A DNA stretch of 62,134 bases, counting the filler, from Squatina squatina (taxonomy: Eukaryota), in assembly GCA_031763465.1 (NCBI GenBank). It is 4 parts of 4 records of this genome, joined end to end, with 100 filler letters (N's around TTAATTAATTAA, not from the genome) between each part and the next. Parts side by side here need not be neighbours in the genome. Positions count along the whole stretch, not along the records: positions 14,087 to 28,156 come from JARFOE010000192.1; positions 28,257 to 40,252 come from JARFOE010021047.1; 2 more parts are not named here. The stretch is one strand, 5' to 3'. The stretch's first letter is position 1; each line of letters starts with the position of its first letter. A program made the position numbers and the translations under genes. The notes beneath the pieces are model-generated. The model ran no database searches and had not been told where the DNA came from. It saw nothing but the letters and a program-made list of their open reading frames with translations. Positions 23,331-36,004 of the stretch are shown here, piece by piece.

Positions 23331-26300
23331 NNNNNNNNNNNNNNNNNNNNNNNNNNNNNNNNNNNNNNNNNNNNNNNNNNNNNNNNNNNNNNNNNNNNNN
23401 NNNNNNNNNNNNNNNNNNNNNNNNNNNNNNGACTTACTTTCTGATTAAGCTGCACCTCATTGTGAATGTACCAGTATTACTAGCGCACTAAAGACTCATA
23501 GCTTCCTAGACCTGTGATCTCTGTAAATCGGTCATCATTTACAGTTTTCACTAATTCTTCAAATCCTCCTGGGATTTGATAGTCCACATAGAAAATTGTG
23601 ACTCAGGCACATAATTTTTAAGCAACTAAAAAGAGCTAGAAAAGTGTCACCCATTTATTAACTTTTTGATTGTTAATGTAACAATAATGGTATGGTATTG
23701 CATTTAACTAGATCTTTAAGAAAATAAATTTTTATGTAAACACACAATTTAAATATTACTTGCCTGTGCTGTGCAAATTGAGTGAATAAGTGTATTTAAA
23801 AATAAGTTTATGTTCATGTTTGCAACTTGGACAGCCATATGTTAAGAGACATTTACAAAAGTTGGTATGTTCTATTTTTGTTATACCTAAAAAAAATTCT
23901 CTATATTGTACTGAATGGTTAAAAATAAAATCTATAATGAACATTTTCTGTTTCGTATAACTATCATTTTTAATTAAGAGATGATTTGAAAGCTAATAGG
24001 CATCAGTTGGTCAACTCACCAGTTAAATTGTAAAATATCAGATTAAGAGTTCTGAGATTTATAGTAACCAGCACCACTTTGCTCCTGTGCCTGTTTAATC
24101 AGAAGGAAGTATGACATATAACAGCTTTAAAAGGAATAACAACTCTTTTTTTCAAAAATGAAACTGCATTTTCNNNNNNNNNNNNNNNNNNNNNNNNNNN
24201 NNNNNNNNNNNNNNNNNNNNNNNNNNNNNNNNNNNNNNNNNNNNNNNNNNNNNNNNNNNNNNNNNNNNNNNNNTCAGAATGTGGATTTTTAAGAAAAAAA
24301 ACTATCTCCATTGTTTCCAGATTATACAAAATAATGCTGCAGTCCACAAAAGGTTAAGCAAACCAAATATTTGTTTACAGAAAAGGCTGACATTTCTGTT
24401 AGAACATCAGCATACCTCAAACGATTTTCAAATGCCTGGAGGATCCATTTTAGATTAGTTTTCATATTAATCTTATTTAACAATGACATGCACGATTGCA
24501 TGATATAATTCGGTCATTAGAAATTATAGTTTATTGGATGCTTCTAATGATTTCACTGGGATTAAATCTGTTTGCAGGAGTTTAATGGAAAGCATTAAAT
24601 ATGACATTGAGGAATTTAATGAACAGGGTTACAAATTGCAGCATGATTCTGCACCTGGTGCTATGAATAATGCAAATCAGCTTAGCACACTTGATCACAT
24701 CTGGCAGGATTTACACTAGTTCTCAACCATTTCCAAAATCATCTCCATTGTCTTGTGGCATAACTAAGAGTTTCTTGTGTCTGGACCAATGAAAGATTGC
24801 TCCAAGTTAGCCCTGCATTCAAGTAGGTAGCACTTCACAGATCAAAGCATGGTACGAAAAGAATATTGGAACAGCCTCAGAAGATCACTGCTTTTGTTTT
24901 ACTTCAAAGAAAAACTGATTTAGCTTACGTGCCTACTGTGACTGGTGCACCGTCTCCATGTTTATCTCTGAGAACTATGCATCAGTGAACAGATTCTGCT
25001 ATTTTCACATTGCCTTACCTCACTGTACTAAGAGGGAAAAGTACAATTCTCACTCTTTGAACTCATATGGGATATTTTTATGATTTACTGGATTATTTTA
25101 GGAAACATCTGACAGTGATCCTATTTTGAGAATTTATTGGGGAAAATACCTCTCATTTTAAAAACATGTACTTTGAGACTGTAAACACTTTTTGAAATCC
25201 TCCACATAATAGTTAGCTTCTAGTGGAGGTAAAACCTTTGCTGTGTTTCTGAGGTTGGGCATGAAAACGCAATAGGATGCATTTTCCAGCTGGCAGAATC
25301 ATTCACAGAATTGCAAGCGAAGTGGGACATCAGTGGAGATCCATAATGTTGGATCCCTGCCCAAAAAATTGCAATGGGGAGGGGCAGGGTGTAAAACACA
25401 GCAAGCTTATGGTATGGCTAATTTTGTACTAACGAATCTCCAAATTGGCCTTTAAGGCTGCATGCAATTCCCTGATCTCTTTTGTGGGAATGCTTATCCT
25501 GCCCATATGANNNNNNNNNNNNNNNNNNNNNNNNNNNNNNNNNNNNNNNNNNNNNNNNNNNNNNNNNNNNNNNNNNNNNNNNNNNNNNNNNNNNNNNNNN
25601 NNNNNNNNNNTAAGCATCCTCAATTATGTTCCCATTGATAGCAAGGCCATCAATTATGTTTCTATGATACAGCATATTTGCACTTGTTAGGGCAGAAAAA
25701 TAATAGCAGAAAATTCTATTCAAGTGTGAACTTTGCATTATGAATGATTATGTACTCAGGAAGCAAGTTAATACCAGACTTTTTACTGGTGACATTCAAC
25801 TGGCTATTAAAATTGTATGAATGAATTTGAATTTGAATTTTCCTTGTAGTACAGACAAGCTGGAAACAGGTTGTGCGAGGCAAATTTATACCTTGTAATG
25901 TTTGAAAAGAACTCGTTTTGAACTAATCACAGGACTTGGTGACTGCTACTACCACTTTGGAAGTACTTGCATGCTTTATAATTTTTCCAGGACTTACAAT
26001 TTAAAGCAATGGCAAGTTTACAAATATCACAGCTGGGAATTTCCTTGGATTTTCTCCCGATCGGTGGAAGATCACCGGAAACCCTGTTTCTGAGTTACGG
26101 CGCAAATCAGGAGAACCCCCGAGCAAATTCGCCTTGGTTATCCGGCCACCTGTCTCTGTCTCTGTCAGCCCGTCGCTTCATGTCTAACAGCAGCTGAGGA
26201 CACAGCCCGTGTGGGACACATGCATTTTATTCCTCAATGCCTGGTTTGCACCGTTTGGTCAGNNNNNNNNNNNNNNNNNNNNNNNNNNNNNNNNNNNNNN

Positions 26301-28200
26301 NNNNNNNNNNNNNNNNNNNNNNNNNNNNNNNNNNNNNNNNNNNNNNNNNNNNNNNNNNNNNNTTTCTACTGGGCAGGTTAGGTTGAAATGAACAGTTTAA
26401 GTGATTTTCACCAGGTCATCTGTGGAAAGAGGAAAAGAAAACTGGAGACTGAGATGAGTCTTTTCCAATGAGTTAACCAGGGCAGTGAACAACCATGAAA
26501 ATGACTGTGAACTGATTTGTGCTGTTCATTTGAAGAAGGACAGTTCAGTTGAATAGGAAGGTTGTTTTTTTTTGAGGCATGAGGCAGGCTTGTCAAAAAA
26601 GGGGTTTGAGTAAATATACCCCCAAAAGGTGACAACTTGTACAATTAAAGCTCGAGTTGCCTCAGCTCTCGCAATACCTCCATGGTTATATGTACTCCTC
26701 AGTGTGGTTCAGAGCCATGAGATCAGATCTCAGGTCAAATATTAGTCGGGCTGCTAAGATTGGTCTTAGTGCTATGAGTTAGGATGGGGAAGAAAAGAAA
26801 CCAGGTGGAGTTCCAATGAGTCGCCGCTGTCAAGTGTCCCGTGCTGCAGGGAGACACGCTCACCATGGTAGAATAACCTGTCGGCACCCACTGCCTGGAC
26901 TTGCAATGAAGAAGGAGCTAGAGCTAATGTAGCTGTGCCGCAGCCTCAAACGGTACCATTGCCAACGAAGAGTTTTTAAGAAACTTAAAAACAAATTAGA
27001 TGTGATAGCCCCAAACTTTGTTTTGCTCTTTGTAACATTTTTTCAAAAGCCCGGATAAAAGCAGATTCTTCACTTCCTGGTTCTGTAGCTGTGGGGATTC
27101 TGCATTGTGATTGGCTGCTTAGACAGCTTGTTGGCATCACAGCAGCTCACACTAGGGGACCCCATTAACTTAAACTGATCTCAACTGAATGTTGATAAAG
27201 CCAAACTTCTTGCCATAGAGATCGCAAAGTCTTTATGGGCAAATATCTTCGGGGCCAGAGGCGAATGCCTTTGCTTCTTTATTTCTTTATAGAGCAATTC
27301 TATTTATAAGTTTATTTACTGTATCTACAGTACTGTCAAAGATCTGCTGCTCTCTAATTACCTATCTCCACCAAGGTTTTGTCATGCTGAGGAAAATCAC
27401 TTGAAAGCAACTGGGTTGGGAATTTGAAAAAATACTAATATCGATTTTATCATTCCAGCTGATCTCAAAACGAATGCGCAGGTCATTGTAGTTTTATCAA
27501 AGGAGGGGAAAACAATTAATGAATCAATTCAAAGGATGGAATGAGAAAAAAGAAACAGCAAGCGTTAATTGTCTGGCAGTTATTTTATTCTGAGACTGAA
27601 ATATGGGTATGACAAATATAGTTATGTTAGCTGGATAAAATATTTATACCATATATACAAATGCAATTGCTACAGATGTCAGATGGAAGATAATAAAACA
27701 TATTTTCTTACAGAAATCTTGTAAGATTTAATGCATAAACAGGCAACACAGATATCAGGCACTTAATAGGAGATCAGAATCATTCTGTGCTAGATTGTGT
27801 TTGTTCTTAAGGTCAGTCACTTCCCTTTTGAGACCTAAAATGGTCCAAATGCCCAGACATGGAGAGCCATCAGGTGTTTCTCTACTTCTAATCACCTCAG
27901 CAGCTCCTTTCACATCTAATTAACTATTTATGAAACGACCCAGGTATCACGCTACTTTGCTAAACTTGTCCTTTACACAGCTGCCCATTTAGCAGAACTG
28001 TATTTTATTATTTTTCTCTCCAATTTTTGTCCAGTAACTTTGTCTTCTGAAGGTGCTGACACCTTACTAGCATATAGTTTCATGTGTGCTGGGTGCTCTA
28101 TGGTACCTTGTCTAAATGTCTACTTTTCATGTGTTAACTGTGACAATGAATTTTCANNNNNNNNNNNNNNNNNNNNNNNNNNNNNNNNNNNNNNNNNNNN

Positions 28201-28212
28201 TTAATTAATTAA
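28201..28212. other. Artificial scaffold linker TTAATTAATTAA
   Basis: N-padded six-frame stop linker. Confidence 0.95.
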
Positions 28213-28256
28213 NNNNNNNNNNNNNNNNNNNNNNNNNNNNNNNNNNNNNNNNNNNN

Positions 28257-29346
28257 CCACCCATCTAGATAAACTAGTTTGAAGACAATTGGCAACACCT
28301 GGGCCAGCATTTCCTTTCTGGCATATTCATTCAGAAGACAATTTGAAGAAGATGATTTGGTTAACAAAATCCAGGGTTTCGAAGCAATCACGCCCAGACA
28401 AAACACAGAAACAGTTTTTATTTCAAGTGTTGTCAAACAACAAGGGGGACAAAATTACAGTAATCCAGCTCGGTGGCCCAGACTTTCGGTCATCGAATAA
28501 ACATCGACAACACATATCCATAAGCAAACAAATCCCAGAAGAGGCAGTCTGAAAACCCCTGGAGAGCTATCCTCCTCCCCGATGAAAGTCAAGACCTCGA
28601 GGGTCCAGGATGAGCTGGGATTTGCTCAGGACTTTAAAAAGTGCATTTTAATATTTTAATACAGACGAGACAGAATTTGGGCGCGAACGGAATTCACAAT
28701 CCAAAGATTATAACTGGCTCTCAGCAAGAGGCTTTGTTAGCTTCGCTTCGCTTTGGTTTGAGCTTCGGGAGAAGAGATGATTAGATTATGGTTCATGAGA
28801 CTCGTTTCAGGACTTCGAGCTGCGCCCAGCTCCGCTTCACCAGCAACATCGAAACACACTCAGAGAAGAAACACCGTGATGGTCCAGTGGAGCCGTTCTC
28901 CACGGCACAACTGAACAGAAAGAGGACAACCTCCTGAGTAAGCAGACCGCTCGACAGAAATCGGAAAGGGCTTTGTTCGGGAAAATCCTTACCGGGCCAT
29001 CAAAGAAGGCATCGAGGTGCGAGACCTCCACCCTGCCGCAAGGACACCATCAGGGAGACCCACGAGACACCCAGCAATGCAGTTGCCTCGGATTGGTCAG
29101 CATGGCACCCATGGTCTACACCCTCCTGAACAGTTCGGGGCCCAAACAGGGGACTCAGCGGCCGCTCTCTTAGAATGTAGAATTAGTGCGTTAGTATTTA
29201 GCAGCCATTCGTATGGCCTGCCTAAATTGAGGCAGAATAAATTCGACCCGGGAATCGAAAAGCGCTGGTATTCCTCAGTTCTCCCTTTTTAACAGTGTGT
29301 GTACAGCGAATTGATACTAAAGCGAATAAAGCTCCTACTCTCTTTG
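28257..29346 (+). repeat. Probable 5' LTR (partial; start lies outside the scaffold, end and PBS would fall in the N gap)
   Basis: Non-coding, CpG-rich segment directly upstream of gag, with AATAAA at 29325-29330 just before the gap. No overlap with the 3' LTR stub could be shown. Confidence 0.45.
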
Positions 29347-29681
29347 NNNNNNNNNNNNNNNNNNNNNNNNNNNNNNNNNNNNNNNNNNNNNNNNNNNNNN
29401 NNNNNNNNNNNNNNNNNNNNNNNNNNNNNNNNNNNNNNNNNNNNNNNNNNNNNNNNNNNNNNNNNNNNNNNNNNNNNNNNNNNNNNNNNNNNCCCGAAAC
29501 GTCCATTTGCCTTTAAGTCCTTGTCACACGAACCACCAGACAGCCGACGGCTCTCGGCCTACACATATAAAGGTTCGAGTGTCTGGGCCGCTGTCGATCG
29601 CACAGGAAGACATGAGGTTGGGCAGGAGTGTGTGCGACTTACAGATTTTGGCACCCCCAGAGGGGACCTCAGGGCAAGGAA

Positions 29682-31900
29682 ATGGACGTAGAGGTTGTAG
29701 ATGAGCAAACGCTCCTGAAAGTGTGGGAACAGGCCATATTAGATTATGCCAATACCAAAGGTAACGTGGCTAGTACGTGGGTCCAAACCATCTACCGATC
29801 TGTGGACCCCAGGTTAGGGCCAGCCCGGTGGATGAGGTCGCAGGAACACACGCGCCCCTGCAGGAAGGCTGTGTGGCTGCTGTGCCTCCTTTAGCAGAAC
29901 CAGGTGCTCCGAGAGTGAGGGGAAGAGCTGTGGAGGAACACTGGCGCACAGAGCAGGAGGTCATTGCCAGAGATGTCTTCTCTCGCCAGTATTTGGAGAG
30001 GTTCCATAAACCTGAGCAGGATGTCAGGAGTCACGGGCAGAAACAACCCGGCTCCACACTGACCTGGTGGAGGGCAATGACTCGTTAAAGGCGTGTTGGG
30101 CAGAGAATCTAGAGCTCATGAAGAATGCATCTCAGATGGAAGGCCGCCTCAAATACGTAGGGGGTGCCTACCAGTTGATGCAGGATCAAAACTACGAAGC
30201 TGCTGATCATAGCCAAATTATGGATAAGATCCGGAGCTAAAGCTCGCCCTGTCAAAGGCCAGAGGTATAGTTTGCCATACGGCACTGGCAGCACTGCCGC
30301 TTGGGGACACGGATGAGCTCAGCGACAGTGAGGATACTGCTGGCCAGGTGAAAGCCAGCGCTAGAATCGCCCCCAATTCCCTGCGGCATTCATAGACCTT
30401 AAACCGGTCGGAGGACCCCGCACCCCAGGATTGCTCCCCAGGCCAAGACAGTACGGGAGAATCAACTAATGAGACGGGCGGCCGAACCCAGGGGGGATCC
30501 GGATCCCGGAGGAACATAGAAACAGGCGGCCGACCACCAGAGGTGTTCAGATCATGACGCATAGTTGGTCAGGCCTGCAGGGATGATGGCTGGGGCGAGC
30601 CCAGACCAGACTAGTTTTCAGACGAATCCCCGCAGTATGGTATCAACCTAGAGGAAGTGGCTCCCATGTGCTCAATAACCCAGTGGTGGTATGGTCCGCC
30701 TGGGCTTGCCGGAGGGAAAGGACCAGTTCTGGGGTAAAATCCTGTTCCCCATAGCGCCAGTCAGTTGCTAGCTTTGCTGGCCAACACCCCGCTGCTCCAG
30801 ATGTGCGGAGATCCAAGGATGCATTTTGACTGCATTAGTCAGCTGGTTGACGACCTTTCGTGCAATACGGAGGAGCACAACAAACTGTTGTGGCTATCTG
30901 GAGGGCACGATTCACCAGCGACGACCTCCACAAATCCCTGCACCTGGAGCTCACACACGTGATCTCCAAGCACAGATTCTAAAAGCCATGGGTTTCGACA
31001 TGGGCCGTCCATTTGCTCAAGTCGAAGTCACATGCCAAATGCCCACAGAAACCTCAGAGTAATTTGCGAACCGCTTATGGGCTGTTTATTCACAGTGCTT
31101 CGGCGGACGGAACCCGATGCGGCAGAACGTATGACCACCCGACCGATGCCAGTGGCTGCGGCTGCTGGTGTCTAAGTGTTTGCCTGAACTGTCCAATTCA
31201 GCGAGAACGTGTTTTGACCAATTAGCCGTCACCCACACAGAGGCGGAGGTGCTCCGGAGACTCGGTCTAGCCTACCGAACCCTCACTATCATTGACACCA
31301 CTCCCAAGCCTGAGCTTGGAAACTGTGGATGAATTCCTCCCCACGCCACAGCCGGCATGCCCGCACCAGGGGCCGCACAACCCCCGGTGTACATGTCCGG
31401 TCAGGTAGGCCCACTGATGGCTTCGTCAGCAGGAGCTCTTGCCGTTTACCTGCCGGCTTTCGGTGTTCTGCAGTATTTTGCACCAGGTGTAGTACAAACT
31501 GCACCACAGGGAGCCATGGCACCAACCTCTGTGTCTGCGGATCCAATTCACCAAGTACATGTAGTCACTCAGCCAGGAAACCCAAACCACCTTCCAGCTA
31601 ACCATCCGAACTGTCCACAACCGCAAGGTTACGCGTACCCGACATCACAGCCCACGCTCTACAGCTCCACATCACGACAGCTTGTGTCAGAGTAGAAACG
31701 GCGTCTACGACTCCACAGGCCAGCCAGGTCCCGATTCCCGCCCCGGCATTCAGTATACAGGGGGAGGAAAAAAAATGGGAATGGAGGCAGGAGGGTAGGA
31801 CAGGCACGGCCGATGTGTTAAGGGTGCGGCAGGCCGGGGCATTAGGGGCAGAAATGCCCAAATGCCGGGAAACTGCCCAATAAAGCAGCAAACCGAAAAC
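29682..31900 (+). pseudogene. gag: gag (disrupted)
   Basis: MHR-like CQMPTETSE*FANRLWAVY at 31033-31089, a Pro/Gln-rich linker at 31357-31695, a basic stretch, then a CX2CX4HX4C knuckle C*GCGRPGH*GQKC at 31816-31857. The start codon is a guess. Confidence 0.75.
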
Positions 31901-32134
31901 TCCCAGTTAAAATGGTGCAAATAGGGAGCCCCATTGTACCACGGCTGGATCAGCAGGTGAGGATAGCCGAGATCCTGCTGGTCATGAAGGAATCGTGTGG
32001 GAAAAGGCCCCATTGTGACCGTCTGCCCAGCCGCCACATCCCACACACAAAACGCTCCATCCTAGACATCACCCCAGTAGCTCGGCTCGACAAAGCCTGT
32101 TCTGCTTGGCCACTTCTGCTAGGAAAGGTGGGAT

Positions 32135-32451
32135 TGCCCCTGTGTAGAGGTGGTGGTAGAGGGGCACCTCGGGGATTCCCTGATCCACACTGGGATGCCG
32201 AGCATGGTGCTCCAGGATCCCGACTCCGAGAACTCCCCTCTTTTGAGCTGGACCCCATGTATCTTGGCAGGGTTGACGTGAGACGAGCAGGCTGGTGTCA
32301 TGTCCAATCATTGCCCATCAATTTAGGGGAATTACAGATGCACTGGAAAACCGTCTTGGTCCAGTGGAGTCACTGCGGGTCAGGGGTGATCGGGGCCGCT
32401 TTTCGGCTGTCCCATCGGGTCATCCTGGACCAGGAGAAAAACTACTTTTGA
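32135..32451 (+). pseudogene. pro: Retropepsin-type protease (disrupted)
   Basis: Frame 2 reads PCVEVVVEGHLGDSLIHTG (LIDTG with GAC>CAC at 32186), then ILAGLT. Frame 1 then reads LPINLG...GVIGAAFRLSHRVILD, equivalent to ILGxDFL. Confidence 0.7.
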
Positions 32452-32609
32452 GGCAGCAGGACAGGATGGAACAATCGTACAGTGACTGTAATCCCAAGGG
32501 AATGATGAGGAAAGGGCTCGTGTGTACGATGCAGCCCAAGACCAACTACAACCATGAAGCCATGATCATGGACTGCCTCCGCGCATTCCACAGTGTCCTC
32601 AGGGGACAC

Positions 32610-35600
32610 CTTGGTGCATTCGCCACACACAAGCACAATTGTGGACGAATGACCAGGCGGAGAACCGGATAAAGGGGGAACCGATGTCCCGGCCTATCCA
32701 GCAGTATAATTTCCCGCGAGAGGCTGAAGCAGATTTGAACACTGCCCTAGAGTCCCTGACTGGCAGGTGGTTCTCAGGCTGATAGCGACCCATGTTAAAA
32801 CTCTTCTGTGGCCGGTCAGAAAACCTGATGGCTCGTGGCGAGCAACCGTGGACTATCAGGTCCTGAATAAGAACCACGCTGCTTGTGCCCACACTGTGGC
32901 ACTCCAGGCCCATTTGATAGCGACAATCCCCGACACCACCACGGTCTTCTCAGCACAGGTTTGGAGCATCCCATTGCGCCTAGAAGACCAGTACAAATTT
33001 GGGTTTGCATTCCACGGCCAACAGTATACGTGGACGGTCCTTCCAAAAGGCGTCCCCAACAGTCCATCCATATTTCACCAGAGTATGGCGAACGTGTTAA
33101 AGCCGTTCAGCAAGGCTACTCAGCTGGTGCAGTATGTGGACGACCTCCTGCTGTTCACAGAAAGCGAAGAGGAGCATGTGCTATTGCTGGAGGAGCTGCT
33201 GGAATTGCTCTACCAGAGTGGGTTGAAAGGCCCAAGTAGGTCAGTGGGAAGTGAAATTTCTTGGGCTGAAAGTACGAGGAGGGGAAAGAGCCAGTGATGA
33301 AGCCAGACGGGAAGCTGCACAGCAGTTACCCTTACTCAGCGATGTGACGGGGATTAGGTCCTTTCTGGGGCTGACTGAGTGCTCCTGGAACTTCAACCAG
33401 GGCTAACCGACGACAGCTGTAATCCTGCTCTGACTCTGCATAAATGTGTCACCCGGGAATGGGATACTTCCTTCCAAGACGCTGTCGAGCAATTGAAACG
33501 TGACCGACAGTGTGCCCCAGCCCTGGGAGCCATAAATGCAAAGAAAGAGTTCTTCTTAGAGGTGGCAGCCAGTGAGGACAGCTTAGGAGCGGTTCTGATG
33601 CAGGAACGCCACAGCACCTTGAAGCTAGTGGTATAAGCAGCGCGGGTAGTCACAGGAGTCGAGAAGAGGTACTAGAACTGTAAACGGCAACTTCTGGCCA
33701 CTTACTGGGCTGTAAAGCATTTTCAGCCCGACACGAGCCTTTCCTCCATCACTATGCTCATGAACCACACACCAACAGCAATGTTGTTGGACGGGCAGAT
33801 AAAGGATGGGACCGTGAGCATAACGCACTGGACCCTGCTCCTGGCACAATACCCCATCCATGTCCAGGTGCTAGTGGAACCCCGGCTAGCTTTAAATTTG
33901 TTATAAATAGAAAACCCACACATATGTACAGTGGAAGGTGTGTGGGATCAGGATCTGGGTTTTAAAGCCGGCTTATGTCACGGCGGACGGGACATATATA
34001 TATAAACGGGTCGAGCTTCATCTTGCATGAGAAGAGGCTCACTTACTGTGGAATGTATGACCCTCAGACCAGGGTGTCCAGGGTGATTAAACTTCCAACT
34101 GAGATGGGCACTCAACACACCGAACTGGCTGCAATCGCATAAGTGGTTACCCACCCTCATCTGTCCCCCACACCGACAGCATATGCTCACACTCCATGTT
34201 TACGTGCAACACCTGCACGGAGTAACTGGTTCTATGGTGCAGACGGGGATTCACGTCCGCGGACGGGAGACCCCTAACAACAGCACCCCTCCCAACGAAA
34301 ATCCTGCAGGTCGTACAGGGAGGGGAGGGTCACTCCCTTCATAACATCAGGGCACAAACAAAACTCGAGCACAGGTGGGAAGGCCGACGAGCTGGCCATG
34401 GAAGGGGCACGCACGTGGGATGAGTGGGATCCTTATGCCTCTGACCACATCGCTGCACCCTTTGCCTTGCTGCAAGGGCAGGCACCGTCCACAGGGGTCC
34501 TTTTAGCCCAAGACCTCCGATCATTACAGAAGGGAGACCCAAAGCTCAAAGAAACCATGTTAGCCAAGGGGGCCGGACAGGCAGCCAAGGCACCGTTTGT
34601 GGCAGACAAGTTCACCTTATGGGAGGGAATGCTGTTTAAGGGGAGAGCATTTTGTGCTCCCGACCGAGCACCGGAGAGATGTTCTGAGGTTGGCACACGG
34701 GGGAACAGGGGCAGGACACCACGGTGCTGAGTCCACGTGGGCAAGTGTGGAAGAAGTTGGCTGGTGGCCGAAGTTGCGGGAGGAGGTGAAGGAATATTTC
34801 GCAGAATGCCTCATATGCGCCGCAAATCACACTGACCCTCAGCGACGGAAGGTCCCCATGGGACACATACACCGGGTCGAAGTACCCTGGAAGTCCCTCC
34901 AGACAGAGTTCATTGATCCCTTGCCACTGAGCAGCAAGGGGAATAAACAGTGCCTGATAGTGGTAGATACGTTCACCACGTGGTTTTAAGCATTCCCCTG
35001 TAAGACAGTCACAGTGCGAGTGATGGCGCACACACATGTCCGGGAGGTCCTCTCCCGAGGGGGCTGCCACAGATGGTCGAATCTGAACACGGGGACTCGC
35101 TTCACAGGGCAAGTGATGCAGGCCACAATAAAACTGCTCGGTATTGAAGGGAAGTGGCATGTGTCTCACAACCCACAGTCATCAGGGATAGTTGAGCGCA
35201 TGAACTGGACCCTAAAAGAGAGATTGAGGAAGGATACCGGTGAGTCCCCGCGCCGGTGGGACGGATCCCTTCCCCTCATTCTCCTCGGGATCCGAGCTCG
35301 CCCTTCCCGCAGCACGGGACACTCCCCACATGTTCTAATGACGGGATGGGAGAGGAGAACACCAGTGCATGTTCTCGCCCCGATCTGGTGCGTGGCACAA
35401 CTGGAGCAGCTGACTCCTGACAGGTTTGTCAGTCATCTGCACGAAGCTCTCCGCCACTTGCACCAGAATGCCGCCAACACCATTGGCCGAACAAAATGTG
35501 TCAGAGCCCAGCCGCCCAAAGACATCGGATATTGGGGATAAGGTCATGGTGAGGAATTACGCCAGGCTTGGTGCATGCAGACCCCTTTATTCTGGATTGT

Positions 35601-35887
35601 ATAACATCGTCGATAATGTCTCTCCCATGATGTATGCCGTGAAGCCCCCGAGGGGAAGAAATTGGTTGCACATCAACCAGTGCAAGCATTATACCCCAGC
35701 AAGAGAGAAAAGAGTGTGGGAGGATCCTCGATCTGGCCCAGATCACTGGATAGCCGACTGTGGGCTGCCAAGTACAACATGGGAGGAAGACACGGGTGAT
35801 CCACAGGAGGCAGTGGAGCACGGAGGAATGCTGCCTCAGATCGGGCCTGGCTGGGATCCACCTTCGTTCCCAGGACCTGGCAACTAA
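32610..35887 (+). pseudogene. pol: pol: RT, tether, RNase H, integrase (disrupted)
   Basis: RT: LWPVRKPDGSWRATVDYQVLNK...YTWTVLPKGVPNSP...QYVDDLLL (YVDD at 33133-33144). Tether at 33541-33860. RNase H at 33990-34410. Integrase: H-GH...CLIC, IVVDTFT, HNPQSSGIVERMN, and IGDKVMVR...YSGLYNIV. Confidence 0.92.
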
Positions 35888-35970
35888 TCTGGCGAGGGAG
35901 CGGCAGAGAACGGAGTCCTCACTTGTTGCTGGGACGGCACCCGCTTCTGGTGGAAGCCGACGCCAGCACA

Positions 35971-36004
35971 ACATTTTTCTCTTTCTTTGTTTGGCAGAAC
36001 CATG
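35971..36004 (+). promoter_or_regulatory. Probable env splice acceptor and start codon
   Basis: Polypyrimidine tract tttttctctttctttgtttggcAG (AG at 35996-35997), followed 4 nt later by aaccATGa opening a hydrophobic signal-peptide-like stretch. Confidence 0.65.

Noticed and set aside
24578-24719. Possible terminal exon SLMESIKYDIEEFNEQGY... after tttgcag
   Set aside because: I could not match it to NEK10 or any protein I recognise, and it is short enough to be chance.
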